Shown here piece by piece: positions 36,478 through 48,574 of a stretch of DNA of 64,000 nt. Under the pieces are notes generated by a model that did not search any database, was not told where the DNA came from, and saw only the letters and a list, made by a program, of their open reading frames with translations. Numbering within the stretch: position 1 is the first letter of the stretch; every line of letters starts with the position of its first letter. The stretch is from contig NC_059430.1 of NCBI RefSeq assembly GCF_021028975.2, positions 91,946,001 to 92,010,000 of the forward strand. The letters are read 5' to 3'. The position numbers and the translations under genes were made by a program. The stretch is from Sphaerodactylus townsendi. Its lineage: Eukaryota.

Positions 36478-38431
36478 CTGTCAAGCAAAAGAGTAAAACA
36501 GAGGAGAGATGTAAGAAATTACTTTTCAAAAAACAGGTCTAATATTCAGAACCTTTTATGGAGATGATTTTGCATAACAGAACTTATTTTTGTTTTGTTA
36601 CACTGTTAAATGCAAAATGGTGCTCCCCAAGACAACTACGGCTATAAAATGAGACACAGCTGGCAAAATGAATATTTTGCTAGTGTCATGCAGATTTATT
36701 ACTTTGCTGGAATTACCTTTAGTAGCTAAACCATAATAAATTGGGCCATCAGTGGAATAGCTGTTACTATGAAATTGCTGGATGTGTTGAGAGTGTAGCA
36801 TCAGCCAAGAGCTGGTAACAAATCTATTGCGTCTTTTTTCATCTACAGAATGATTATGCTAATATCCCATAATAAGACTCTCTTCGTTTTTTCTTTCTTT
36901 CACAGTTCTCCCATAATAGGAGACTGCCTCTGGACCTTAGAGAGCGGGGACGTGTGTTTTGGCCAGAAAAAGTTTTGTTGTTGTTGTTGGAGACAACAAT
37001 CTGACTAGAACCACAGAGAACTGGTTGAGTCAGCAGTTTCCAGCCAGTTTCGTTTTCAGAATCAAACTTTGGACCCAGAACTGTGGACCCAGAATTTGGT
37101 TTCCAGAACCAAATTTTGGCCCCATAAGTCTGAATTTACTTTGTATGGTGACTCTGCCAGGGCTAGCCCAAGCCTTTGCATATGGAGAGTACATTCCAGT
37201 CTCTGATCTCTCTACTCCATTGTTCCCTCTAATCCCCTTCTAGATAACTTGCTCTAGTAACTATTAGGACAAATTTAACTTGATTCTTTATTAACATGCA
37301 TATGCAGTATGCAGTGATGAAAACAACAACAACCGTGTAACGTAAGATAGTGCCTCTAGGGACAGGTCTTGCTTTCCAAAATACAGCTGAAGTGTTGGCT
37401 CAGATTAAGTACTGAAGTTTGTTCTTCTAGGAATCACTTCATACACTATGATTTTCTCACAGAGATATTGTTTTACATAGAAAATGTTCATACATATCAT
37501 TTGTAGTTAAAGATCCCAGATAGGACAACTGGTTATATTCATGGTATGTCTTATCAGTAATTTTTAGCATGAAGTTGTCCTTTTTCACAGCTGCTGCATA
37601 CCCACTGGGGCAAAGCAACATACAGGTTGTTTGTACGTGAGAGCACTCAATCAGGTTGTTTCAGATCTGGAAAGGAGCCCAGATCTTAATGAGATCCCTG
37701 GCTGTTTTTCCACTGCGAAATTGTACTGTTGTTAGCACGGGAAATATTCTGGTGCGGTCGAGAGTTTTCCATGGCTCCCGGTGCCGCACCGTGGCAGATA
37801 AGCTCCCAGATCTACCACAGGGCATTTTGACCATGGAAAAAAGGCCCTTTGAGTATCTTCTGCCTAAAATGTTTGGGAACTGCAGACACGAAGTTCCCAG
37901 TGTGTGGTGTAATTTGACTCTCAGAAAAAGACTGAGTAATACCTCTGGTCCTGAATTTATATAGTTGACTATATCTTAATTGTGTCTTAGTTCTTCATCA
38001 TTTTGACCACAGGAGCAAAAATTCAGGGCCTCCTCTTCTCTCCTTCTGTTCTTTTCTTCCACCTGTCATATTTTTATCCCACCCTTACTCTAAAGAGCTC
38101 AGGGGGACATGTTTGGATTTCTCCACCTCCATTTTATTCTAACCCTGTGAAGTACATGAGGCTGAGATGGAGTGATTGGCCCAAGGGCACACAGTGAGCT
38201 TCTTGAGTGGGGATTTGAACCCAGAGCTTCACAATCCAGATACCAAAGCCATTGGCTCCCTGGTAGCTTTTTAATGTTCACTCATGTGACATTTCAGAGC
38301 CCAGTTCTAATAAAATTGTCATTTATTATTTTAATGAAAAGTTTTCTTTTAAGGGAAGTCTTCTAAATGGGTTTCCAGTAGTCTGAAAAAAAGAATGTTT
38401 ATAAAACCTTGTTGAGCTACCTGTAGCTTAC

Positions 38432-38616
38432 CTAAAATTTTATTTAGTGTAGAAAGGGATTTTTCAGAAGATCTGGCATCTCCATGGAACAGATTGGCTA
38501 TTGACTGGGATTCCATGAACCGTGAATAGATTACTTTCTCCGAAGGCTTTGATGAGATGGTTGGTTTGGATTCTGAGTTCTGCTGTAACTGGAATTGACA
38601 TTGTGTTGCCTCCATT
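38432..38616 (-). CDS. LMNTD1: LMNTD1 exon; probable first intact coding exon (MEATQCQFQ...LNKILG), ATG at 38615
   Basis: Acceptor catacag|A ATG, donor TTAG|gtaagc. 185 nt, phase 2 to 1, open, and in phase with the next exon. Confidence 0.7.
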
Positions 38617-40371
38617 CTGTATGGGCTTTAAAAACCACCATTGTAAAATTACATTTACTGACAATTCCAAATAATTAGTTTTCTGGTTGTGGCAATGCAT
38701 TTTGATTTTTTTCTCTTCAGCAACAAAAACATGAATAAAAACCACAGTAACAAATCAGATTCCTTGGCTCCCAGTATCCAGCATCTCTATATACATTTGG
38801 AATTGGGAAAGAGTGAATATGCCCAGTTAGCAAATGTTCATTGTATGGCCAGACAGGCTATTTCTTCTGCTGCTAAGAACCTTACCCCAAGTTGTTGTCC
38901 CAAGCAAGGGACATCGCACACCATTCCCAGCCAAGTCCAAACCAACCCCCTTCACTGGTAGGGTTGCCAGGCAGTGACTGCCAGCCAGCAGAAAGGTGGT
39001 GTGCAGTGTCATGGGAAACTTTGAAAAAAATAAAATAAAATAGGGAGCTTTATGCAGCTTCATATATTTGTGGGATGTGTCAAAGCATAGCTCTGGGGGT
39101 CACCAGAAACCCTAGAGTTTCTGGTAAGTTTAATGACTTGCATTAAAATGAATCCTCACCACCATTCCAAGGAGCAGCAAATAGGACCTGGGGGAAGTCA
39201 AGGAGAGGCTTGGTTTGGGCCTTGCCATGGCTAGCAGATGATGCCAGGCACTGGCTTACCATTCATCCATTCCTCCCAGCACAAAAAAAGGATATCTGTG
39301 AAATGTCTTAAAAAGAAACAAGTGCCACTTTTCACTCTACACAGAATAAGGTGACTAGGGGACATCTTTTAAAAAGGTGGCTAAGATTATCTTCTGTGTG
39401 TCTGCATAGCTATGAAGACTGTTCTTTGGGAAAAAATAGGAAAGCACCCTCCTCACTGTACCATTCCAAAGTTTGACTGGCTTGACCAAAGACCAACTGT
39501 TCCCCATCTCTGTCATTTAGGAATCATGACAACAGTTGGGGGCTGGATATGCTGAAATTGGTGAGGGAGAGGAGAAGGTTTCTATGCAGCAATTCTTAAG
39601 CTTTTTGCTGTCACACCTCCCTTAGGACAGATTTTATGAATCACAACTGCCATGAATCCAGCTTAAACTTTAGGCAAGGTGATTCTGCATTTTTAGGGCA
39701 TCTCTATATACATTTGGAATTGGGAAAGAATGAATCTCTATATACATTTCTGTCTCTCAGATCCATCCTAAAATATATACATTTCTGTCTCTCAGATCCA
39801 TCCATTTCTGTCTCTCAGATCCATCCTAAAAATGCAAATCCAGAGCCTAAAATTCAGACTCTGGGGTAAACTAAAAATGCATATTCACTGAAATGAACAT
39901 AAAAACATGCAATAAAACAGTTTTGTGGAAATAAATTTTAGGAATTTTGTGTATGTAAAATATGGATTAAAAAATTATTGTTGAGAGACAATTCATTCCT
40001 CCCTGGGAGTCTGTCTGTACCTCCCCTGGGGAGGTATACCCCAGAGATTAAGAACCCCAGGGCTAACCAGAGGAAGATTCATTGGAAAGGAGGTGGTGCA
40101 GACCGCACTGGGGGGAAGCCAAATTGTTTCACATTCCTTTTCACTGCTAGGGGATTCAGGGGGTTCTGAAGGTTCTGTAGAACCTGTTGATAAAATTTTC
40201 TTTTTCACTTTTTTAATACTTACAATATTTTAATTAAGTATTAATATTTTAATACTTAAAATTAAAAAGTGATATTAAAATATTTTAAATACTTTTTAGC
40301 AGTCATTATTTGAATCCCACCACCATCAGAACCTGTTAAAATTTGAATCCCACCACTGGAGGTATTCATAC

Positions 40372-40461
40372 GTCTAACCTCCTTGAGACTTGCTGGCTAG
40401 AATGTTGCACTTCTCTGAGACATCCCTGGCTCCTGCCTATGGAGCTGGAAGTTGAGACAGA
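40372..40461 (-). pseudogene. 90-nt symmetric (phase 2-2) pseudo-exon with two in-frame TAG codons
   Basis: Acceptor ttttttttaag|, donor AC|gtatga. Reads LSQLPAP*AGARDVSEKCNILASKSQGG* in the LMNTD1 frame. Confidence 0.45.
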
Positions 40462-41440
40462 CTTAAAAAAAAATAACAACACTTGCAGGTCTCTAAAGTG
40501 TGTTAATTGAAGCTCAGACATTAATCTATTGTGACTGACAATTAATTTTCTGTAATTCATGAAGCGATGCTATTTTTATGGCAAGATGTATGGAGTTGCA
40601 GGTAGGTAGAAGTAGGAAATGCTTTTGACAGGGTGCCTGGCTGTCCTCTGGAATCTTCGGGGTGTGTGTGTGTGTGTGCGGTGGGGGAGGTTGAGATCCA
40701 TGCTTTCCCTCAACATCTATCTGTTTTGTATTATTTAGTGTCTTCAATCTTTTCCTTCCCAACAATCTTTATAAAAAATAAAGTTATTGGAAGTGATATT
40801 TTTTCTAGTGTGGTCTATTATCTACTGGTGTGGTCTGCCCAATAACTGCAAACTTGACTTAATATTCTTTAGTGTAGTAACAATTATCCGTGTGAGAGAG
40901 ACAGAATGGAAACGTTTCAAATAATTACTCCTTCATGCTCACGGGGAACCCAAAATGGCTGACATCAGTCTCCTCTTTTCCGTACCATCCTCACAGTATT
41001 AGGCTGAGAATGTCTGCCCAAGGCCACTCAGTGAAGTTTCCCTGACAGAATAAGGATTCAAACTTCTGTCTCTCAGATCCATGTCTGACAATATTAAATA
41101 AAGAAATGGGAGCTAAAAATGATACTGAGAGAGGAAAACTGATCCCACATCAGATCCCACATTAAAATTCTGGGCTTTGGATATAGCATGTGAAAAAGCA
41201 GGCACACTGGGGCAGGCTGAAGGTCAGGAAGATAGAGGTGCCCAGTGTGAGGTTCCCAGACCACCATGCAGCTTTGATGTGGTGTGGTGGGGCTTATTTA
41301 ACAACAGGGGTGTGTCCATTCTTGGCAGGGTTTGGACCTGATGAATAATGAGAGGGATAGACAGCTTTATTTGTTTAGGATATCTGTGACAATGTGCCCT
41401 TTATTTTACAATACCAGTTTTTTTAACATGCCTGTTCTCA

Positions 41441-41603
41441 GGTATAGCCCAATCTCATCCTACTGTGGAAGCTAAGCATGGGTAGTACTTGGGGGGGGGG
41501 GGGTGGTGATGACCATCAAGGATCACTCTGCAGAGAAAAGCAATGGCAAACCACAGCTATTTCTTACTTGCTTTGAGAGCCCATAAGTTGCCTGTCACTT
41601 GAC
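41441..41603 (+). mobile_element. 5S rRNA-headed SINE, degraded third copy
   Basis: gaagctaagcatgggtagtacttgg ... gcaatggcaaaccac. Confidence 0.55.
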
Positions 41604-41861
41604 TGTACTTTAAGCAGACAGCATGCTTTGGAAGGAGAGCCTCTAAGACAATCATGACTATACTGACTTGCTGCTTATTGCAAAGTACCTTTTCTCCTAG
41701 AGTTACCAAATTTAAAACACTACCGCAGTTATTCTGAGGAATTTTGTGCAAGGGCAAGCACGCATTTGAAACCCTACAGGGAAACAAATCACTGGGGGAA
41801 AGAATCTGGAGCAGAAAAATGGCAAATGATTATCCTGCCCCATGCTATTGAGGTACTCCAA

Positions 41862-42047
41862 ATTGTCGAAGGCTTTCAAGGCTGGATTCAACTGGTTGTG
41901 GTGGGTTTTCAGGGCTGTGTGGCCGTGGTTTGGTAGGTTTTGTTCCTAAAGTTTCACCTGCATCTGTGGTTGGCATCTTCAGAGGTGTGTCTGTTACAGT
42001 GTGTTACACAGTGTATAACAGACTTCCCTCTGTGATACACCTCTGAA
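41862..42047 (-). mobile_element. Penelope pLTR fragment with hammerhead motif (41945-41985 minus) plus a truncated inverted piece
   Basis: Reverse complement reads cct-CTGAAGA-t-gccaac-cacagat-gcaggt-GAAActtt-agg. Plus-strand piece aacagacttccctctgtgatacacctctgaa at 42017-42047. Confidence 0.75.
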
Positions 42048-42314
42048 AACGTGCTTGGGGGAATGTTTTGGGAAGAGCAGGTTGCAAAGGTTCAGCAGAG
42101 TTGCAAACTGACATGATGTCAGGCAGGGAGATCGGGGGCAGGCGGCGGGGCAGGGACATCAGGCAGTTGGGCGGGAAAAATAAACTGCTCCTGCAGTGTT
42201 TGCACAGTAGCGAATTCAGTGTGGGATTTTTGAAAAGAACCATCAATTGCGAAAGTACAAAAGACAGCCTCAAAAGAAGCATGTAAGGAAACATCCTATA
42301 GATTATTCACTTAC

Positions 42315-42430
42315 CCATTTATATATCCACATGTGCGTATCAGGGAAGTAATTTCTTGTTGCAGGTTAGCATTTTTTTCCTGAATAGCATCTACAGCTTT
42401 TATCTTGGTTTGAAGGTGATCATATACTTC
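42315..42430 (-). CDS. Open exon encoding an IF/lamin coil-2B-like segment (EVYDHLQTKIKAVDAIQEKNANLQQEITSLIRTCGYING), upstream part of the LMNTD1 locus
   Basis: Strong acceptor tttcttttttaaaag|, donor GG|gtaagt. 116 nt, phase 0 to 2, in phase with exon 38616. Heptad pattern; LQQEITSL resembles lamin LDMEIHAY. Confidence 0.65.
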
Positions 42431-43021
42431 CTTTTAAAAAAGAAATTAAAAGATGAAGAAGGAAACTGAGTAGCTGAATGTCTGTGATTGGAATTTTATA
42501 CATTCATACATGGGGTTAATACATAGTGTGGATTGAATTAATTTGTAGAAGATATTGGCCTGTCCAGAGTTACTTAGAATTGTGAGCCCTCTCCCCCCCC
42601 CCCAAAAATATTTCTTTTTATTTTCCTGGACTAATTTATATTTTTTTCTTACTGCGCAGAAAGTTTTAAGTTGGTCCGCGGAGGGCAGGTCTACCGAACG
42701 CTTTTCAGTTGGAGAAAGATGGGTCTTCTAAATGGATAACATTCTCATATTTGTGTCTGTGTAGCTATGGGTGATAACTATATGTTGCTGGAATCGGAAG
42801 GACCAGTCTTGTAGATCTCATATTTGTATATCTTTGCAAGCCTGAACGTAGAGATGTGCAAGTTATATTTTGGCCAAGATGGCGACTGGATGGATAAAGA
42901 ACCATAAGGGGGTTGCAATTCCTGTTAGTCGCACATTCAAGTTGTGCCTGAAACCACTTAGATTTTTGTATTTTCCATTTTTTATATACTTTTTCCTCAT
43001 TCCCATTTTATAGCAGCTTAC

Positions 43022-43157
43022 TGAGCCATCTGGTTGAAATGAGCAGATTGCTGTTGGAACATCTCATCATCTGCCTTTACTTTGCTCAATAAAACTGTAT
43101 CTGATGTGATTATTCCTCCTGATGCTTCCCAGGCATGCTTGCTGCATTATTTTTTTT
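43022..43157 (-). pseudogene. Decayed rod-like exon (..LLSKVKADDEMFQQQSAHFNQMAQ)
   Basis: Donor CA|gtaagc. Coiled-coil-like translation in register with lamin coil 2B when joined to exon 42430. Frameshift and stop in the 5' part. Confidence 0.5.
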
Positions 43158-43957
43158 CTTATAGAACCCTTGGTTACAATTGACCATATGTTTAAATATG
43201 CACAAGGCAAAATTCTTCTGTGCACAGAACCTCAAATCAGAGTAAGAGTCTTGCGACATGCCAAACAATCTGCAGCTCTACTTATTTATGTAAAGCTTTA
43301 GTTAGCAATACGGATCTAAAAAATACCTCTTATGGAAACATGCTCTCCACTTAAGGATACATCATACAAAACCCTCATATTCATGCCAAGATGGTTCTCT
43401 GTTGGTTAAAAGGACAAGAAACAGGGGAGAGGTAAATTGCTCTTAATCATCTCCCATCTCAGTGATGGCTGTCACAAGTTACTTCAGGTTTGGCCATGCA
43501 AATACTTCTATTGTAGCCAGCAGAGGACAATTGGCCATCTCACACTTTGACAGGAAATGTGACACCTTGAGAGGGTAGAGATGTAGGGGTGCCAAATGCT
43601 ACATTATATATCTTCCTGAGAATAACAGGAAGAGAAGGATTCACCCTAAGGTAGGGGTCAAACAGAAGAGATAAGTTCCCACAATACTAGGGGTATGAGG
43701 TCCATTTCAGCTGGCTCCATCCAGAGATAATTTGAAGGAAGGAGATCCTCCATCTTGATGGTCCTATTACAACATGAAGCTAAAAAAGGCAGCCATCCTG
43801 GACAAAGGCTGATAGAATGCTATAACTTTCAGAGTAACGAACCTACCCTAGAATAACACCAGACAGGGTATGTTTAGAGGAGGGACAGAAGTCTTATGTA
43901 CTTTGCATCAACCTGTTGCTGTACAGAGTATATGTGTAATCATTTTCTTTATAATAA

Positions 43958-44340
43958 ACTAGCGGGCCCGGCAATGCATTGCTGTGGCTCAGTCTGGTGA
44001 AGTGGAAAAGAAAGAAAAGGGGAAATGAACAGTTCGAACATGTGTCATTGCACAATGCTTGTAAGGGAGGGGAGGGGCAAGGGGCCCCTCCCTCCCCTCC
44101 CTCGCTCCCATTCCCTTGCACGGCACCCCGCCCCATCCCTCCCTAACGTTCCCCTTCCTCTGCTAGGGTGGGTGGGCCATGTCCAGGTGGCGGACCCTGT
44201 CCATTTCACTCCCTTCCCTTGCAGGCAAATTACCTAGCTTAAAACACGCTGGGAGGCATGAGCTACATTGTGTTCAAATTTCAGAGCGTTTGGTCCAGCA
44301 AACCCCCAGACCCTCCCTCATTTTTATTACGTTGTATGTT
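43958..44340 (-). mobile_element. Possible non-autonomous Helitron-like element
   Basis: Minus-strand end is palindrome gcaatgcattgc followed by ...cccgCTAGt; no TIR or TSD seen. Confidence 0.5.
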
Positions 44341-45187
44341 GGAAGTTTGTTCTCCATAACCATGTTAAGCCCCACTTGAACATTTTAATAAAAAGGCACT
44401 GGGGGAGGAGAGGAGGTTGGTCAATAGATTGCGAGCTCTGTGGAGTATGCAAGTGCGGTAAGCTCTATCTGCAGTTATTAACTGGAGTGAGTAGGAGACA
44501 TGGGCACTAGGCACAGCCTATAAACAGCAACACAGACAGCAACCACAACTCCGAGTGCTAGGAGTATTGGCCTTCGTATTGAGAGATATTTTGAATGATC
44601 AGTTAGTGGCAGCATACATAACCAGAAAGAAGTGAAGAATCACACTTGGAGTTGGGTGGGCTGGGAGAGTGGTGCAGCATAGGGAAGAGACCTGGGATGG
44701 CCACTGAGTGTCTTGACCTCCAAGAGGACCCAAAGCCAAATAGTGATTGTGGGTCAGTTGGGCCATTCTCCAATATCAGTCATTACTGATGTAGTGGTTG
44801 CAGTGTTGGACTAGAAGCTGACAGACCCAGGTTCAAATCCCCACTCTGACATGAAACTTTAGATTCCCACTGGGGAGAAAAGAGGTATATAAACAAAATA
44901 AAAAATTATTTTTGTTTCCCAAAGAGAAGCTTGTATATGCATAGTATCAGATAACAAAGTGGTTGTTTTCTGGACATCTGAAAAAACAGTTTCTTCCCCC
45001 AATGTCTTCTTGTGTAAGATGTTGATGGGCCCTCTAGCCTTTTGAAAAGAGGATTTTTGAGTGAAAGAAGCTTTGTTTGCATTTCACTGTTGTACTAGCC
45101 ATATTGTAGCATCAACACCATTGATAAAGTCATTGGTATTGCAAGCTCAATACAGTCATTCATCAATATGTGTACACATGCACATAC

Positions 45188-45293
45188 TTTTTTTTGTGAA
45201 AGATGGCTTTCTTGGTCAATTTTAGAAATTGGCATTCATGGAAGTGAAGCATCTCTCTTCCATACACATGTCTCAAGATGTTGAAATAAATAT
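45188..45293 (-). pseudogene. Decayed exon (YLFQHLETCVWKRDASLP*MPISKIDQESHLSQKK)
   Basis: Acceptor ctattttcag|, donor AAA|gtatgt. 106 nt, phase 2 to 0, one TGA (possibly from CGA). Confidence 0.45.
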
Positions 45294-45673
45294 CTGAAAA
45301 TAGTGTCATTTCTATTTGGACTGGTAATTCTGTATTTGGACTGTACCATTCTGTACAGATAGTAGATCTCATGATAAAAGTACTCATTCAGGTGAAAGGA
45401 GGCATGTTTGAATGTTCAATTGTGTGTGCACACACACTCCACTGAACACAGAAAACAAGTATGTCAGGGAGAAGGCTAGAATCCTTCTCCCTGACATCTA
45501 GTTAATTGTATGTAGAAAATATTTTACAAAATATAACAGGCCATTTAACCATGTTATGTGGGCCACCCCACATATGTTGGCTACTAACACACTTGTACAA
45601 TGTTTAATCAGATTAAGGCTACATTATGAATATAAGGAGGGTTTTCATATATCTGATCCAGAGAAAACCTCAC

Positions 45674-45776
45674 ATCATCCCAAATTTTTCTTCACAAAAA
45701 TCCATTGCAGTAAGTCAGTGATGTGCTGTTCATATCACCACATGTGTTACTATATTTACTCATAAGGAAGATGATT
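45674..45776 (-). pseudogene. Decayed rod-like exon (YEQHITDLLQ)
   Basis: Acceptor ttttttatgttcag|, donor AT|gtgagg. YEQHITDLLQ resembles lamin FESRLADALQ. Stops in every frame. Confidence 0.4.
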
Positions 45777-45933
45777 CTGAACATAAAAAATCGCCCTCCA
45801 ATGTTATACACAAAAAAGTTTTTTAGTATTGGAAATAACTGGAACTTGTATGCAAATTTACAATGATTCCCTTTTTATTTTGATGGCATATCTGGAAAAA
45901 TCCTAGTCTTGCATTTGAATGAATACTCTATAC

Positions 45934-46217
45934 CAGGGGTAGGGAACCTTTAACACTCAGAGCCATTTGGACCCATTTTCCGTGGGAAAAGAAAACACTT
46001 GGAGCCACAAATAATTTTTGACATTTAAAATAAAGATAACACTGTATATATTGGGTTTTTTTCCTTTTACTCCGCTCATTCTGAGAAGCGCATGGATGCG
46101 TCTGCCCTGCTGCCTGCAGGGCGGGCAAGGACGGGGCCAGCGGCTCGGCTCGTGGAGCCACAGTGCAAGGGCAGAAGAGCCGCATGCGGCTCTTGAGCCG
46201 CAGGTTCCCTACCCCTG
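45934..46217. mobile_element. Young hAT MITE
   Basis: Perfect 16-bp TIR caggggtagggaacct and perfect 8-bp TSD ctctatac. Confidence 0.93.
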
Positions 46218-46796
46218 CTCTATACGAAAAAAACCCATATTATATATAAATCTAACAGTAGGCGAGAAATCTACTAGAATATCACACTTTGGGGCAAAAC
46301 TGAGGGAAAGCACTTAGTTAACCACGCAAACCTGGCAGCTGGATGTGGGGGTTTGTTTCCAGGGTGTACTTTTCATTGCAGTTCTTGGCATGTAAAATGA
46401 TTTTGTTCCTCTGTGAGGGTGGTAAGTGATGTTCTTGTTTGGACTACAATTTGTATAGATGTCAGAAAATCTGTGCCTCTGAGAACATGCTCTTTAACCT
46501 ACTGAGCAGAGAAATATGAATGAAAGCAGGAACAATCCTTTCTATATGATTTCAATTGTCAGGGAGATGAGGCTTGTTCTAGGTCAGAGAGAGAGGAGCT
46601 ATTTGTTTGAGTTGGTGACGCAGAATAGCACAGATGATCATAGGGCTATTTGTGTGTATGTGTGCCATCACGTCACAGCTGACTTTGGGCGACCCCGTGG
46701 AGCATGTCAGCATACATGATGACGTATGAAGATACAGAACAAAACACAGAAGATCAATGCAACACACAGGATATCAATATTAAAATAGAAAGGTAA

Positions 46797-47130
46797 ACTG
46801 GGGTGCTGTGTGGTTTCCAGGCTGTATGGCCGTGTTCTAGCAGCATTCTCTCCTGACATTTTGCTTTGCATCTGTGGCTGGCATCTTCAGAGAATCTGAT
46901 AGTAGGAAAGCAAGTGGAGTATATATACCTGTTGGAGTATCCAGAATGGGGGAAAGAACCATTGTCTGTTAACAAGTAAAAGGTGCAATTAGCAAGCTAG
47001 ATTTACATGTGTTGTGTGGGATCCACCCATTAGCATGTGAGTTAACAATGAAGATAGCAAGGTCAATAGGTGAGGTCATCTGAATAGAAGTAGCCTGGCC
47101 TTTGTTCCCTTTGATTGTTTACTGATTCAG
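46797..47130 (-). mobile_element. Penelope 3' fragment with degenerate hammerhead motif (~46852-46893)
   Basis: Reverse complement is similar to 1310-1465 and 5761-5853. Confidence 0.75.
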
Positions 47131-48574
47131 GGAAACTTCACACATTACTGATTTCCTACACAGAAATAAAACTGCAAGGTTATGACCCTGGTGTGTATTC
47201 TGAGGTATGGCCTGCCAGAATCAGGGTTCCCAATGTATTGCTTGAGGTAGGAATGGTTGGGTTTTGTCCTTACTCTAGTGCAAAGGCAGGGCAATGGCTG
47301 ATTCTGCACAGCACAAATAAGACATCCTGAGGATGGGGAAAACAGGCATTTCGGGGAGGAACTCTGCAGGTTCCCCCCCCCCCCCCAAGACATCCTCAGG
47401 GCACTTTATCTCCCCTTGAGCCATCTTTTTTGAAGTCGCTAAATTGTGGACTTTTTTCCCTGATGTTGTCTGCAAGTCACCTCCTGCTTACTGTGTGGAG
47501 CTCAGGAGCTGAGAAAATGTCTTACGTTTCCCACCCATTAAAACTGTCTGATCAGTTTCCTCTCCAACTGACAACTGACATTTTATGGAGCTGCGGGGGT
47601 TTCTCACCCCTGCAGCTTTTTGTATAAGGTTTTCCTGGGATGTTTGCTTTGCAGGCTTCCCTGCTGGGCACCTTCATCCTGCCTATTCCAGCAATATATA
47701 GTTTTCATGATGTGATGGCAGTGGTGTAGGTAGGGTGTGTGGAGTGGCTGAAACCCTGGGTGCCACTTCCTAAGCCCCCCTCTCAACTGCACCCCGGTCC
47801 TGAATTTCTATTCAGGGCAGGGGCACAGTTGAACGCTGGTGAGTGGGGCTGACCCTGCCCCTGTTCTCCATGGGGAGGTCAGGAGCAGCAAGGGCCCATT
47901 TGAGTTTGGCCTCAGCCAGATATGGGTCAAGATTTTATCTGCAGGCTTCCAGACTCAGTAGGGAGGTTGTCGAACTTCTTACTTTTTAGTGTTGGTTCTA
48001 CCACCCAAGCGCCTCCTCTAGTCAATGTCAAGGGGTTGTGGAGCAAACAGTAAAAAATAGAAGCTCTCCAGTCCCCGTTCTCAGTCTGAGCCAGTCCTCA
48101 GTCTGGCTCAAATGAGCCCTCACTGCTTCTGACCTCCATGTGGAGATTGGGGGCCTGATCACTGACACTCAACTGCACCCCCTCCCTGCAACTCCCCAAG
48201 TCAAGGAGTTTGCAGCCGGAACGTGTGTGGGTGCCCCTGGGGGATGGGACATGTGTGTGTGGGTGCCCCTGGGGATGGGACACGCAAGACACACTCATAT
48301 GCTTCCCAGTGCACAGTAGGAACAGCTGCAGTGTAAGTGTGTTGAAGGAAAAAAGAATGCCTGGCTTCTCTCAGCCTCTGATCAGAGTCTTGTATTCACT
48401 TTCAAGCACAGGAAGAAGCCGGGAGGGGGGGCAGGGGGGAGGAAGACTCCTGTTCTCCTCTGCTTCTTCCCAAGGCCATGGCAGATGACAGGCTTTGCTG
48501 CAGCTGCCTGTTGGCTGTGCCTTCCAGGCCCAGTTCCTCCTCAAACCTTAAAAACACTAGACATTAATTCAGTA

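Noticed and set aside
45188-45776. TRAF-like zinc finger CNGFCEEKFGMIYLFQHLETC made by joining two exons with a frameshift
   Set aside because: It needs an ad hoc indel, and the position within a colinear lamin-rod series explains the segments better.
47150-48560. GC-rich tract with repeated tcaactgcacccc
   Set aside because: Probably a degraded repeat, but I could not establish termini, a TSD or a coding motif.
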